From Mytilus edulis (lineage: Eukaryota): a stretch of DNA of 64,000 nucleotides. The position numbers and the translations under genes are program-made. Positions 49,543 through 61,550 of the stretch are shown here, piece by piece; the first letter of the stretch is position 1, and each line of letters opens with the position of its first letter. The DNA lies in NCBI RefSeq assembly GCF_963676685.1, contig NC_092346.1:55552001-55616000 (forward strand). The letters are read 5' to 3'. The notes under the pieces are model-generated. The model was not told the DNA's origin, did not search any database, and worked only from the letters and a program-made list of their open reading frames with translations.

Positions 49543-50356
49543 AAACTAGAGGCTCTAAAGAGCCTGTGTCGCTCACCTTGGTCTATGTGCATATTAAACA
49601 AAGGACACAAATGGATTCATGACAAAATTCTATTTTGGTGATGGTGATGTGTTTGAAGTTCTTACTTTACTGAACGATTTTGCTTCTTACAATTATATCT
49701 ATAATGAACTTTGCCCATTAGTAACAGAGAACTATATTTGGTAAAAATTTACATAAATTTACCAAATTAATGAAAATTGTTAAAAATTGACTATAAAGGA
49801 CAATAACTCCTTAAGGGGTCAATTGAACATTTAGGTCATGTTGACTTATTTGTAGATCTTACTTTGCTGAACATTATTGCTGTTTACAGTTTATCGCTAT
49901 CTATAATAGTATTCAAGATAACCAAAAACGGCAAAATTTCTTTAAAAATTACCAATTGGAGGGCAGCAACCCAACAACCAGTTGTCCAATTCATCTGAAA
50001 AATTCAGGGCAGATAGATATTGACTTGATTAACAATTTAACTTCTTGTCAGATTTGCTCTAGATGCTTTGGTTTCATAGTTATAAGCCAAAAACTGCATT
50101 TTACCCCTATGTTCTATTTTTAGCCGTGGCGGCCATCTTGGTTGGTTGACCGGGTCACGCCACACATTTTTTAAACTAGATACCCCAATGATGATTGTGG
50201 CCAAGTTTGGTTTGATTTGGGCCAGTAGTTTCAGAGGAGAAGATTTTTGTAAAAGTTAACGACGACGGACGACGACGACGGACGACGGACGCCGGACGCC
50301 GGACGCCAAGTGATGAGAAAAGCTCACTTGGCCCTTCGGGCCAGGTGAGCTAAAAA
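49543..50356. mobile_element. HINE/DINE-1-like element
   Basis: Subterminal GCTCACC/GGTGAGC, a GACG(G) microsatellite at 50260-50307, and terminal hairpin GCTCACTTGGCCC-TTC-GGGCCAGGTGAGC. Confidence 0.85.
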
Positions 50357-50813
50357 ATAGTCACATTATTTCTCACACTTAGTAAGAATAAAAAAAAAAG
50401 TGTATCAGAGGTTATTTTCAGAAGAAAAAAAAGAAAAAAATCATTTTATTATTATCTCTATCAACATCCTTACCTGGTCTAAAAGATAGAGACAGGCAAA
50501 AAAAAAAAAAAATCCTCAAGTGGTATATCCAAATTGTATGACATTTGAACATCCATCAGATTTTAGTATTAAAGTCAAAAGAGATTGATTCAAAAGAGAT
50601 TGTCCAGAATCAAACATGTTTTCATAAAATTAAAAGTAGATAGACCACTCACTTTTGTGATATCAAAATCAATAGACAACATCTTCTTCGAACAGAATGA
50701 ACAGAATAGATCGATAACAACTATAACTTGAAAGAAAAAATTCCCAAACTAAAATGCTGACACAAAGCTATCCAAATGCCTTCATCACAATATAAACTAA
50801 GGTAAAGGTGTAA

Positions 50814-51269
50814 CACCACTAATTCAGGCCCGGCCAGAAAGCACATACCAGAAAGTAGTACATATTTAACACAAAATAGTTCCTACGCATGGACATAACT
50901 TTCAATATATATAGAATATTTTATTAATTTTGGTATCAAATGAAAGCTGCATGACTGGTGAACATTGCAGAACAATTTTTGACTAATAAATTTGAATAAT
51001 AAAAAAATGGCATGAAATTTAAAAAGGAGGGTACATTTTGCCTTTTTGTCAGATCGGAAGTACCTGTTTTGGTACATCCGAAGTTCCGGGAACCAGTTCT
51101 TTCTTATATGCAATGTAAGGTATGTTGATTTTTTCAGTACAGAACACCAGAAGGTGTTGCTTTGACATGCAATGATTGTCACTTTATTTGAACTTAAGAT
51201 AAAAGAGCTGTGACCACTCGAAATTGACGAATTTAACATAGAAAGCAATGGGGCCATTAATTAGTGGTG
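50814..51269. mobile_element. Probable MITE
   Basis: CACCACTAATT..GGCCC at left and GGGCC..AATTAGTGGTG at right. Confidence 0.55.
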
Positions 51270-54211
51270 TACTTCCTATTACAGAGAATCACCAGAAATC
51301 CAATTTTTAAAAGTTGTACCTATTCCAATGAAAATAAGTCCAATTTGATGTTAGTAATCATGTTTAATCATCTTTTTTTGGTCAACCGTCCTGCTTATGG
51401 GAAATTTAAGCTCTTAAATTGGCATACTCAAGTATGTTAGCCTTTTATGGTCATACAGCATGCATGCAGGTAAGACTTGACTCCAAGTTCTTATTTTTGC
51501 ATTTTTTCTGATTGAAATCAATAAAACAAGTATTTTATGACTTGTATATGGAAAAAAATAGCTCTTGGTCAAATAATCTTATGATTTTTCAAGTTTTTTT
51601 GTTTTTCTTATGGTAGCTTTTTACAATCAAGGCAAATGGTACATACTCATATAAGAATTCTAAAATCTCACTGTACATGCAATTTTGAACCAGTTTAGCA
51701 AGTTATCTAGCTGAGGGATATATAAATTGCTCTTATTAGTCTATGTTTTACCACAGAATTATGGTATATACAAAAAAAAAAGCCCTTTTCCAGTTTCAAG
51801 AAAAAAGGGGGGATAATTTCTCATTTATGTCTTAAGTTTAAACTGATATATTTTTATTTAATGAAGAACCTCTGATAAAAATATGACTATTAGTAAGCAC
51901 ATAGCTTTCCTAATAGAAATTAATAAATAAAACAATAATATTGAGAATAAAAAAGGTATATTGGCCAATGGTAATATCCATATGCAGTTTTCTTTGAATA
52001 ACCCATATGTTACTACCAGTCCAATTTGAGCTTAAAATTAATAAAATAGTATTTGGACTAAAGCTTTATATGTTTTTTATTGCTTGAAATAGATCATAGA
52101 ATGAAATAAAGTAATGCTCAAGTCAATATAGCAAGTTTGGTTCTGTTATAAAAGGAAAAATCATAGCTTGTTCGTTATCTAAATTTCTTATATTTGTTTC
52201 ATAACTGCAGTCATAAAAATCAACAGTATTTTGTTACCAAATCATGAAATTATATTATTAATAACCATATATGATTAAGTAAAACAAAACATATTCAAAC
52301 AAAGGTAGATACAAACAACTAAAAATGATTTTGGAATGCTTTTAACAAACAATTAACTTCTGCTGAAATTTAACAACTGAAGATAAGCTTCATGTATTTA
52401 CAAAGTCTAAATATTTTATACATATTTTAAAATATATGAAGTGTTCACACATACATGTAAAGTGCTTTTTCATTTTTATTTCAAGTCAAACATTTAGCCT
52501 TTATTATCAGGCATTTCTGTGTACTTTGAGAAAATGCATTTTAAAGTGAAGCAATTTTGGGGGTTTCACAAATAATTGAATTCATCCTTTTAAAAAGCTC
52601 TGCTAAAAAGAAAATTTATTGAACAATCAATCTGGTAGTTTACATAAAACCATGATTAGTATCCCACGATTAACATGTACCCATAGTAAAACACTTGTTC
52701 TAACCAATAAAAAAAAACAAATCTTATAAACATCATAAATATATATACCACTAGGTTTTTTTTCACACATATACAATAAGGATATTATATGACAAATTCA
52801 TATAAAAGAAACTAATGAGGTAGTTAACTTCAAGTCAGATTTTATTCAATTCTATTAAAATACAGATGAAGCTTCACTTACAAGAATCTGACAATGCAAC
52901 TTCTTCTTACTGTTTTATATATCATTAGGAATTATATGGTTTTCTAAATGGATACAAAAATTTGATGGCTTAAATTTCATTCGTTGATGTTATAATACCA
53001 CAACCAAAAGGAAATTAGAGTGTTTTCAGATCCTTTTTAATGAAGCTTGGACAAAGGATCTGTATTTTATCAAGAGGATTTTACTAAATGTTCATTGTAA
53101 CATATATCCTTGCTCTATCTATGGATATGAATAACAAGAGTTTAGGCAAATGTAACCAAAAAACATTTTAGTGGTATCATGAAATAAAGATAATACAAAG
53201 GACAACTCACATGTTTTCACTAATATCAGGAATATATTTACGAATGAACACAAATCTTGGAAGTTTCATGTGATATTAGTGATGTAGCACATTTTCTTAT
53301 TGCATAAATAGCTCAATTTTACATTTGTGTATCAATAGCATGAATAGTGTTGACATGCTTCAAAATAATAATAAATTATCATACAATAAAAAAAAATTAA
53401 TGAGACCCAATGCTTATGCCTTGGTCCATGAAAAATACAAGTAATATCAAATGCCAGTATAATCATTACATGTAATGCAATTATATAATAACAGATTAAG
53501 AAAATTAAAATATATCTCAATAATACACCAAAATGACATCCCAAAAAACTAGAAAGGACAGCTGCATATATCTACTATATTTGTCTAGTTATAAATTATC
53601 ATCAGTTTGCACAAGCTGAGATCAAATTAAACAGAGAATATTAAAGATATAAGCATTCAGTTAGAGTATTCTTAAATAAATGTTTAGCACTTTATTTGAG
53701 GTTTTCTAAACCTAAAAATTCACAATCTTAGATATCAATATTTATGTATTTTCAGAGTAACACACTTCATTTTATCATACATCATGTAAATTATGACAAT
53801 ACTGGTTACATGAGAACAAAAAAAATAACTCTTCAAGTGATAAGTCCAAATAGAACCAGATGCTCTGCAGGGTGCACCTTATACGACTGCAGAGTTCGAA
53901 CCCTGAACATTGGGGCAAGTATGGACACAACATTCAAGCTTGATACAGCTCTGAATTTGGATTGTGATTAAATAGTTGACACAACAAAGGTTTCTGACAC
54001 ATAATGAATGTGGTCTCAGAACTTAAACTTAAAAACTTTAAATTTTAAATTGGACATTACCTATTATGGTCCAATATCCAAAATCAAAATACATAATTAG
54101 AATATACAGTTTTTGTTGAAATCAAACAAAGTTTAATTTGACCCCAATTTGGACCATCTTGAAAACTGGGCCTATAATCAAAAATCTAAATACATGTTTA
54201 GATTCAGCATA

Positions 54212-54654
54212 GAATGAAATTCAAAACAGTGTGGCTGTGGCCATTGATTGACACATTAAATTCATCCATTGACTGGGACAATTTACGTGAACGTTTGTCT
54301 GTAACGACCACTGTTCACGACGTACCTACGATAGACATTTAAACTGTGGGGTCACCAAAGGTTTCTTAACGCCTTTAATTATAAAATAATTCGAAAAATT
54401 AATCAGGAATAACCTTTATGTTTTGATTTATATAATTGTTATAAATCAAAACATCGTGTTATTTCTGATTAATTTTTCAAATTACTTTATTAAGGTGTTG
54501 AGAACCTTTGGTGACCCCATAGTTTAAGTGTCTTTAAAAAGTACATAGTGAGCAGTGGTCGTTACATACAAACGTTCACCTAAATTGTCCCAGTCAATGG
54601 ATGAATTTAATGTGTCAATCAATGGCCACAGCCACACTGTTTTGAATTTCATTC
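54212..54654. mobile_element. Fully palindromic fold-back MITE with a TA TSD
   Basis: Arms of ~215 bp, near-perfect at the outer ends. Removal restores the host unit CAGCATATCAAA. Confidence 0.9.
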
Positions 54655-55171
54655 TATCAAAAAAACCCAAGGATTCAATTTTTGTTGATAGCAAACAAAG
54701 TTTAATTTTGGACCACAATTTGGACCAACTTGAAAACTGGGCCAATAATAAAAAATCTAAGAACCTGTTTAGATTCAGCATATCAAAGAACCCCAAGGAT
54801 TCAATTTTTGTTAAAATCAAACTTAGATTAATTTTGGACCCTTTGGACCTTAATGTAGATCAATTTGAAAACGGGACCAAAAATTAAGAATCTACATACA
54901 CAGTTAGATTCGGCATATCAAAGAACCCCAATTATTCAATTTATGATGAAATCAAACAAAATTTTATTTTGGACCATTTGGGCCCCTTATTCCTAAACTG
55001 TGGGGACCAAAACTCCCAATATCAATCCCAACCTTCCTTTTTGTGTGGTCATAAACCTTGTGTTTAAATTTCATAGATTTCTATTTACTTATACTAAAGT
55101 TATTGTGCGAAAACCAAGAATAATTCTTATTTGGGCCCTTTTTTGGCCCCTAATTCCTAAACTGTTAGGAC

Positions 55172-55324
55172 ATAAATCACATGTAGCAGTTGATATAATT
55201 GAATGGGCACAGGAACATCACATCATCATTCACGTCTTACCAGCTCATACCTCACATATTTTACAACCTTTGGATGTTGGATGTTATGGGCCGTTGCAGC
55301 GTATTTACGATAATGAATGTCACA
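55172..55324 (+). other. Captured pogo/Tigger-type DDE_1 transposase fragment
   Basis: GHKSHVAVDIIEWAQEHHIIIHVLPAHTSHILQPLDVGCYGPLQRIYDNEC, flanked by the 13-bp direct repeat AAACTGTTAGGAC. Confidence 0.8.
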
Positions 55325-56049
55325 AAACTGTTAGGACTTAAACTCTCAAAATCAATCCCAACCTTCCTTTCATAGTCACAAACCTTGTGTCAAAATTTCA
55401 TAGGTTTCTATTAACTTAAACTAAAGTTATAGTGCGAAAACCAAGAAAATGCTTATTTGAGTCCTTTTTGGCCCCTAATTCCTAAACTGTTGGGACCAAA
55501 ACTCCCAAAATCAATCCCAACCTTCCTTTTATGTCATAAACCTTGTGTTTAAATTTCATAGATTTCTATTTACTTATACTAAAGTTATAGTGCGAAAACC
55601 AAATGTCTTCGGACGACGACGACACACGATGACGACGCCAACGTGATACCAATTTTTGCGGTCGTATAAAAATATGTGTGTTTCCTATAACCCTATCCTC
55701 CCTATTTTTTAAGCTAAAAAATCACCTACCCTAAAAAAACATTTTGTCAATTGATATTGTTCTATTTTAAATGTTTTAATTTTATTGAGAAAATTGCAAC
55801 AGAAAGGTTTTACATTTAAAGTTGTTGATTTTTGCTGCATATTGCAAAAAAAATATAAATCATGAAAAAATCTATATATCTCGTTTACTACAAAATGTGC
55901 TAACATTCATATTTTGAAGAATTCAACATAGTTTTATCATGATACAAAAATGTAAATAAAATAATGTTATCAAAATGAAAAAAGACAAGATCATAGAAAA
56001 TCAACAACTTATAATTGTAAAATATCACAGTCTTATTTATTAACATAAT

Positions 56050-56463
56050 TCATGTATCAATAGTAATATAACCATTTGTAGAGTCATGAGATTTCTTTGA
56101 TCCTTCAATTCTTAATGAACAATTTGATACTAAAGACTTGACCTTTGTAGAAAGAAAAATTGGCCAAATGTATGCAAAACTGTGCTTTGGATCTGTTCTG
56201 GTACAAGCCAGAATCATGAAGAAAATTTGTAGATATGCCATGATAAATATGATGAAGAAGACAAAAGCAGGTATATCAATTATGTGATGCCACAATCCAT
56301 GTGTATCTTCTGTTCCTGAGTTTGTATGGAATTTTTCAACATGGTCAATGGCAAATTTATTGAAATGTTCATTTATCTCAAAAATATAGTACACAAGAGC
56401 ACATGTTGCTGCTAGAAAAAACACTATCACTAACCAAGCCAGTCTTTGTCTAAATCTCATCAT
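56050..56463 (-). CDS. LYSET: Lysosomal enzyme trafficking factor LYSET/TMEM251 (137 aa)
   Basis: MMRFRQRLAW...YYIFEI...YLQIFFMILACTRTDPK...IDT* matches vertebrate TMEM251 motifs (MMNFRQRMGW, YYVFEI, YLQ, CTRADPK, terminal IDT). Two hydrophobic segments. Acceptor TTTTACAG upstream, exon starts at 56486; the 5' exon was not located. Confidence 0.92.
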   Translation of the reverse strand: MMRFRQRLAWLVIVFFLAATCALVYYIFEINEHFNKFAIDHVEKFHTNSGTEDTHGLWHHIIDIPAFVFFIIFIMAYLQIFFMILACTRTDPKHSFAYIWPIFLSTKVKSLVSNCSLRIEGSKKSHDSTNGYITIDT

Positions 56464-57835
56464 CCACACCTCATTTGTTCTTAAATCTGTAAAATAAAAT
56501 AAAAGCAAACTTTAACAAACCTGTACCATTGTATTGTGTTTTAAAAACTTATAAGAAAATACCAGGTACTTCATATGTTAAGATAGAAATCCTTGAATTT
56601 TGTTTTGTTTTCTCTTGTTTATTTAAGACTGGAACGAGTCAGATAATTTATTGTGAGCAGTGTTCATTAATGTCTATGTATAAAGTCCTAAAATCTATGT
56701 TCATTTTTACATTGTGTCAGATTCATCCCAAATCTATGTCCTTTTCAAAAGAGTATAGACGTCAAAATCAACAAGGCATCATCAAGTATAAGACGTCATT
56801 GTGGAAAATGATGGCAAAGCAGGAAACTATTATAGATGAGGGATACATCATATCAAGCATGAGGAAAAAAGGAAGTCAAGATAGGGTAATAAAGTCCTGT
56901 TTTAGGTGTATATCATGCTTGTACATGTATATATAATAACATCCTTTAAATCTCCTGACAATCCTTACTACATTTGTATTAGGTTTCTGACATCATGTAC
57001 ATTAAAAGATTATTAGATACTCCATGTACTCATTATTAAACCTTCTAGCAAAAGGATTGGGGAAACATTATTAGTGGGTAATTTAATCAGAGAATCAGAG
57101 GACATTGTCATTAGATTTGAGGCCAAACTTTTTACAAGGACATACCAGGTGTCATATGGTATTTTGAACCTCCAAAAAAGTGAACCTGAGGTCAAAATAC
57201 CATGCGGTCATTTTTCGCATATGGTATTTTGACCCCCCTGTTTTTAATAAATAGTACTGCAGATAATCCAATTAACAATTTGTTGGTTATCATTTTTTTA
57301 AATCAGAGGTTTTTAGTAGGGGGTTCAATATACTGCAGCGGGGTCAAAATACCATGGCTAGGTAAAATTTTCAAAACATCTTTTCCATCATGTTAAACTT
57401 ATTGGAATATTACTACTATGTTAAGGAGTTAGAATAGCTAGAATTTGTGACATGAGTGGTCTATAGTAGGGGGTTCAATATACCGCAGAGGGTCAAAATA
57501 CCATGGCTAAGTAAAATTTTCAAAACATCTTTTCCAGCAAGTTAAATACATAAAAACTAGACTGGTAGATTGACAAGTTAACAACTGCATGTAGGCACAG
57601 ATTTGAAGACATACTTTTCAAGTAAATGACTCTACACTTAAATTATATGTTGTATCAGAGACATGTATACTAAAGAGATTAGCGACTTGTAAATCTCGCT
57701 GACTTCACGCGTGTAAACTCGTACCCAGCATCCTCTAATCATATGATAACGAGATTAGCGGTAGTCTAGGCAATCGATAATAATCACTCGGAACACCCTG
57801 TTGTTTTTCTTTGTATGAAGGACCAGGACAAAGAC

Positions 57836-57918
57836 CACAGGCACTTGTTTCTATCCATTGGAAGAACCGGCACTATCAACGTATATTTTCTTCCAATGGA
57901 TAGAAACAAGTGCCTGTG
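57836..57918. mobile_element. 83-bp MITE with 31-bp TIRs and an 8-bp TSD (P- or hAT-like)
   Basis: Perfect IR CACAGGCACTTGTTTCTATCCATTGGAAGAA; ACAAAGAC at 57828-57835 and 57919-57926. Confidence 0.9.
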
Positions 57919-60143
57919 ACAAAGACTTTCAGAATTAAAATCTTGTATTGTAAACAAATTCGCAGGTGAATAATAATGACACTGTTTACATGTAGCATCA
58001 ATCGGTCTGTTAATTAGGGGGTCCCATGATTAGGTGTGTATGTGGAAAATTATTATCTTTGCAAGAAATAACTGTGTAATGTCGAAGATGTCAGCAAGCG
58101 AAATTTCCCCTTTTAAAATTAACTTTCAATCATCTCAATATTTATATCTATATTAAAATTGATGCTTGGTGGTTGTTGTGATATTCACGATGTCCAAGAC
58201 AGATTTTTTATCATTGGACGACAATGACACTGACCCAATTGTAGATAGTGACGACTTTGTTCTAGCGACAGGTGTGCACCCCCCCCCCCCCCCCCCCCAA
58301 AAAAAAAGGTCAAGGAAATTGACAAGAGTTTAAGTGCAGATGTTACTGCTATACTTTGGTTACAAATGTCCTGACTTTGACAAGATTCTGAAATCTATCT
58401 CTGGGTTCCTAGGACACACTTCAAGACAACATGGAAAACAATTGAAATGTAATTTAGGCGAAAATGTAATTTTTTTCTTCATCCTTTTAACAAGGACGCA
58501 TTTGTTAAAAAAAAAAAAGGATATGCAAAAGTGCATGTCCTTTAAAAGTATTTAAGGTCCTGTCCATGCATGCTATGTTAATTTTGTAATACTTCCCTAA
58601 GAAAAACTTTAAGAATCATCAATTCCGCCAAGATTGAATAATTATTTATATGAAAACAAAATGTCAAAGTGGCTTGGTACTTAATTTAAATGGCTTCGTG
58701 GTGCATATATGACTTATTAAGCATAACAACTTGACAAGATATGTCGGGCTACTTTACACTGTGATAAAAAGTTTCAAGTTTTAACACCAGGGGTTCACAC
58801 TACCTTGTTTATGATGTTAATAATTAATCTAGAAAGACTTCATCAATTTGTTAACAACAGGTGACATTTCTGCATGTCCAAGTGGTTTAATTACATGAGT
58901 TACTAACTTATTAAGAGGAAGAATCATACAGCTACTGATAACCTAACATGTTTGATGTTTACTTCGTGTACCTTACAGGATGTTTACTTATTAATAGGTG
59001 TCAAATTATAAACAGTTTTATTACCATGATCAAGATTTTTAATTAGCAACATTAAAACCTGTATCAATGGAGCTTAACAACAAGAACATTAGCATGTGTT
59101 TAGTAATTTAATTATCATTGCTTTAATTTTCAAGTAAAAGAACATTATGACTCTGAAGCCATTTTGAGACCATTCAAGTAGTTTTGTTATCCAACGATCA
59201 TTTTATTCAGGATTATCCTAGTCCAACTATAATAGAAGAAACCGTTTTATAGACCTTATATGTCATTGTTTAAACAAACACAACCTCGAAATATTGCTTA
59301 GTTTTATTTATTTTTGTTCCAAAAGTCGGGAGCCTTATCGAGTACTGAATCTAAAATTTGGGCTTCTTGAATCGGGATATAAATTCGCCTATAATTTTAT
59401 TAACCATTACTAAAGAAAGCTTAAAATTATAAATAAACTATGCCACTTCATAAATTTAAGTTATTTTTAATTGAATTGTGTTGATATAGATTGTATTTTA
59501 TTATAATTTGGTTGTTTTCTGTACGTTAAAGCTGTTTGTAAATAATCAATAATGGCGGATTGTTTGGCGAATTTTCTACTCTCGAGAAATCTCGTGCACA
59601 CGCGTGAAGTTGACCGCTGGTCAATAGCCGTAACGATAAGTTGCCAATCTCTGTATTTATATGTCTCTGGTTGTATCCGGTATTTTTTTTGTTTGAACAA
59701 GAAGGAATATATATAGGAAAAGTTTGTATATATCTTAAATTAAAATAATTTATGGTGTACTATTGGCAGATCATGTCCATGTCAGCATGGGGTCAATGAA
59801 TGGTACAAATAAAATAGTTGGTTTGATCAAGGATAATTGTGTGTAGTGTCAGTAAAGTGATCTATGTCATAAAAAAATCATTTATGACTTATGATCACTT
59901 ATGACTATGTCCAAAGTTGAATCTGGGCTAACAATGTTATATAGCTTATGTAGAGCTAAATATTTCTAGAAGCTGTGTCTTGCCTCATATCAGATAACTA
60001 TATTGTCTTGTCAATTCAGCATCACTCTTAATGATTGTTTTCTTTTTTGTGATGATCATGTGCCACGCAAAGTACCAACAGATAGAAAAATCTAGAAGTA
60101 CTCCGCATGACTACGACTGGTTCCCTCTGTATCAGTTTAGTCT

Positions 60144-60233
60144 TATCTAAATACCACATAATCAAAATAATTCGAGGTATATAACCTCCAGGTTATATAC
60201 CTCGAATTATTTTGATTATGTGGTATTTAGATA
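60144..60233. repeat. Perfect 90-bp palindrome
   Basis: 44-bp arms around a CC spacer at 60188-60189. Confidence 0.95.
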
Positions 60234-60236
60234 TTT

Positions 60237-60432
60237 GGGACGAAATAAAAAAATCAATGAAGGATAAAAAAAAAAATGAATTCAAATAGTTTGGCGTTGG
60301 TCAAAATTGCTACAAGTATTGGTCAATCATTTTTTTCCGAAATTAAGTTAAGAGGGGTAGGCTGGGGGATGTAGTGAAAAAATATACTGAATTAAGTTTT
60401 TTATCCTACGTTAAACTTTTTGATATCGTCCC
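60237..60432. mobile_element. PIF/Harbinger-type MITE, older copy
   Basis: GGGACGA...TCGTCCC termini; homologous to 17179-17417. Confidence 0.7.
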
Positions 60433-60643
60433 TAACTACCCTTAACTTTGAGTTTTTTAGAAATGAAAAAATACAGATACTTAGGACACATTGACAATAA
60501 TTTTCCTCCACGTCTTTTTAAATTTTGTATATGTCTACCGTTTTCTTCTTATTTCAATCATTTCGTGGGTTTTTCCCTGAGTTATCATAAAAGGATATTT
60601 TTTCAGAGACAAAGAACCATGCAGGGATTTGTTTAGTATTATA

Positions 60644-61409
60644 CTAGAACACACTCGTATATCGCGGGTCCGTGACAGAATTAAAGTATATAACTATGCG
60701 CAAGCCTTATTTTAGTATCAGTATTGTTATCTGATAAAGTCATGCTGATTATAAGATACACAGTTTTTCTCTGCTTTCAAATCTTTCTGTTTGAACCCGT
60801 CGAACTGGAACTTATCAATTATTGATAATATTAATTATTTGGAAAACAAAAGGTCCTAGAATGGAGTATTTTTTAATCAACAGCATTGTCCTATATTAGT
60901 TATAAATATTGAATTCTTTGATTCGCTGTTTTACGTCATGCCCGCTAACAGATTGAAAACTGTACCTATATACACCTTATTTTAGTCCAGATTTTTAGTA
61001 TTCGTATTGTTATCTAAAAGTTTAACTGATTAAAATACTACAATAGGTAACAATTTGACAATTAAGTAGTGACAACCCTGTGATTATGACCCGTGTAATA
61101 CTATAATTATATATATAGCATATTAATCCTGAATACACCGTTTGGTGGCGCGCCTGTCAGATGCGGAACGTACAGATAAGGTAATCGGTAACAGGTGAAT
61201 ATACTATTGGTATCGGTATCGGACTCGACCCGGAACTTCTTAATTATTGGCGATATTAATTACGTGGAAAACAAAAGGGCCTGGAGTGGTGTAATTTTTA
61301 ATCTACACCTTTGTACTATATTAGTTATATATAAAGTTGAATTCTTTGATTCGTCGTTTTTACGTGATGACGGCTGACAAATTGGACCTCGTAATTTTAG
61401 TATTATAGA
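60644..61409 (-). mobile_element. Non-autonomous Helitron
   Basis: Minus strand A|TCTATAATAC...imperfect GC hairpin...TTCTAG|T: 5'-TC and CTAG-3' ends, inserted between A and T, no TSD. Internal duplication ~60830-60960 / ~61250-61385. Confidence 0.8.
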
Positions 61410-61427
61410 TATATAACTATACAAATC

Positions 61428-61550
61428 CATAGGCGGATCGTGTGAAAAATTTGGTTGATTATATAGGGAATCACTGAAGCATGACTCGAGTCCCCCCCTT
61501 TTAGGGCAGTCAGCGGCCCCCCCTTACGAAAAGTTCTGGATCCGCCACTG
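61428..61550. mobile_element. hAT-like MITE (CAGTGGCGGATCC family)
   Basis: CATAGGCGGATC at left, GATCCGCCACTG at right, AAATC on both flanks. Confidence 0.8.

Larger units (their letters stand above)
53851..55672. mobile_element. HINE-like element with internal tandem arrays and two nested inserts
   Basis: TATACGAC/GTCGTATA subterminal repeats, tandem GATTCAGCATATCAAAGAACCCC and AATCAATCCCAACCTTCC units, and a GAC microsatellite near the right end. Confidence 0.75.

Noticed and set aside
55000-55341. 113-aa ORF as a transposase gene
   Set aside because: Chimera of HINE repeat sequence and a 153-bp DDE fragment; no DNA-binding domain and incomplete triad.
56529-56936. 135-aa plus-strand ORF
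   Set aside because: TTG start, no recognisable motif, antisense to the presumed LYSET intron.
59540-59640. CpG-richer patch with an ATGGCG (YY1-like) motif as the LYSET promoter or first exon
   Set aside because: Plausible, but no convincing donor site or TSS could be fixed from sequence alone.
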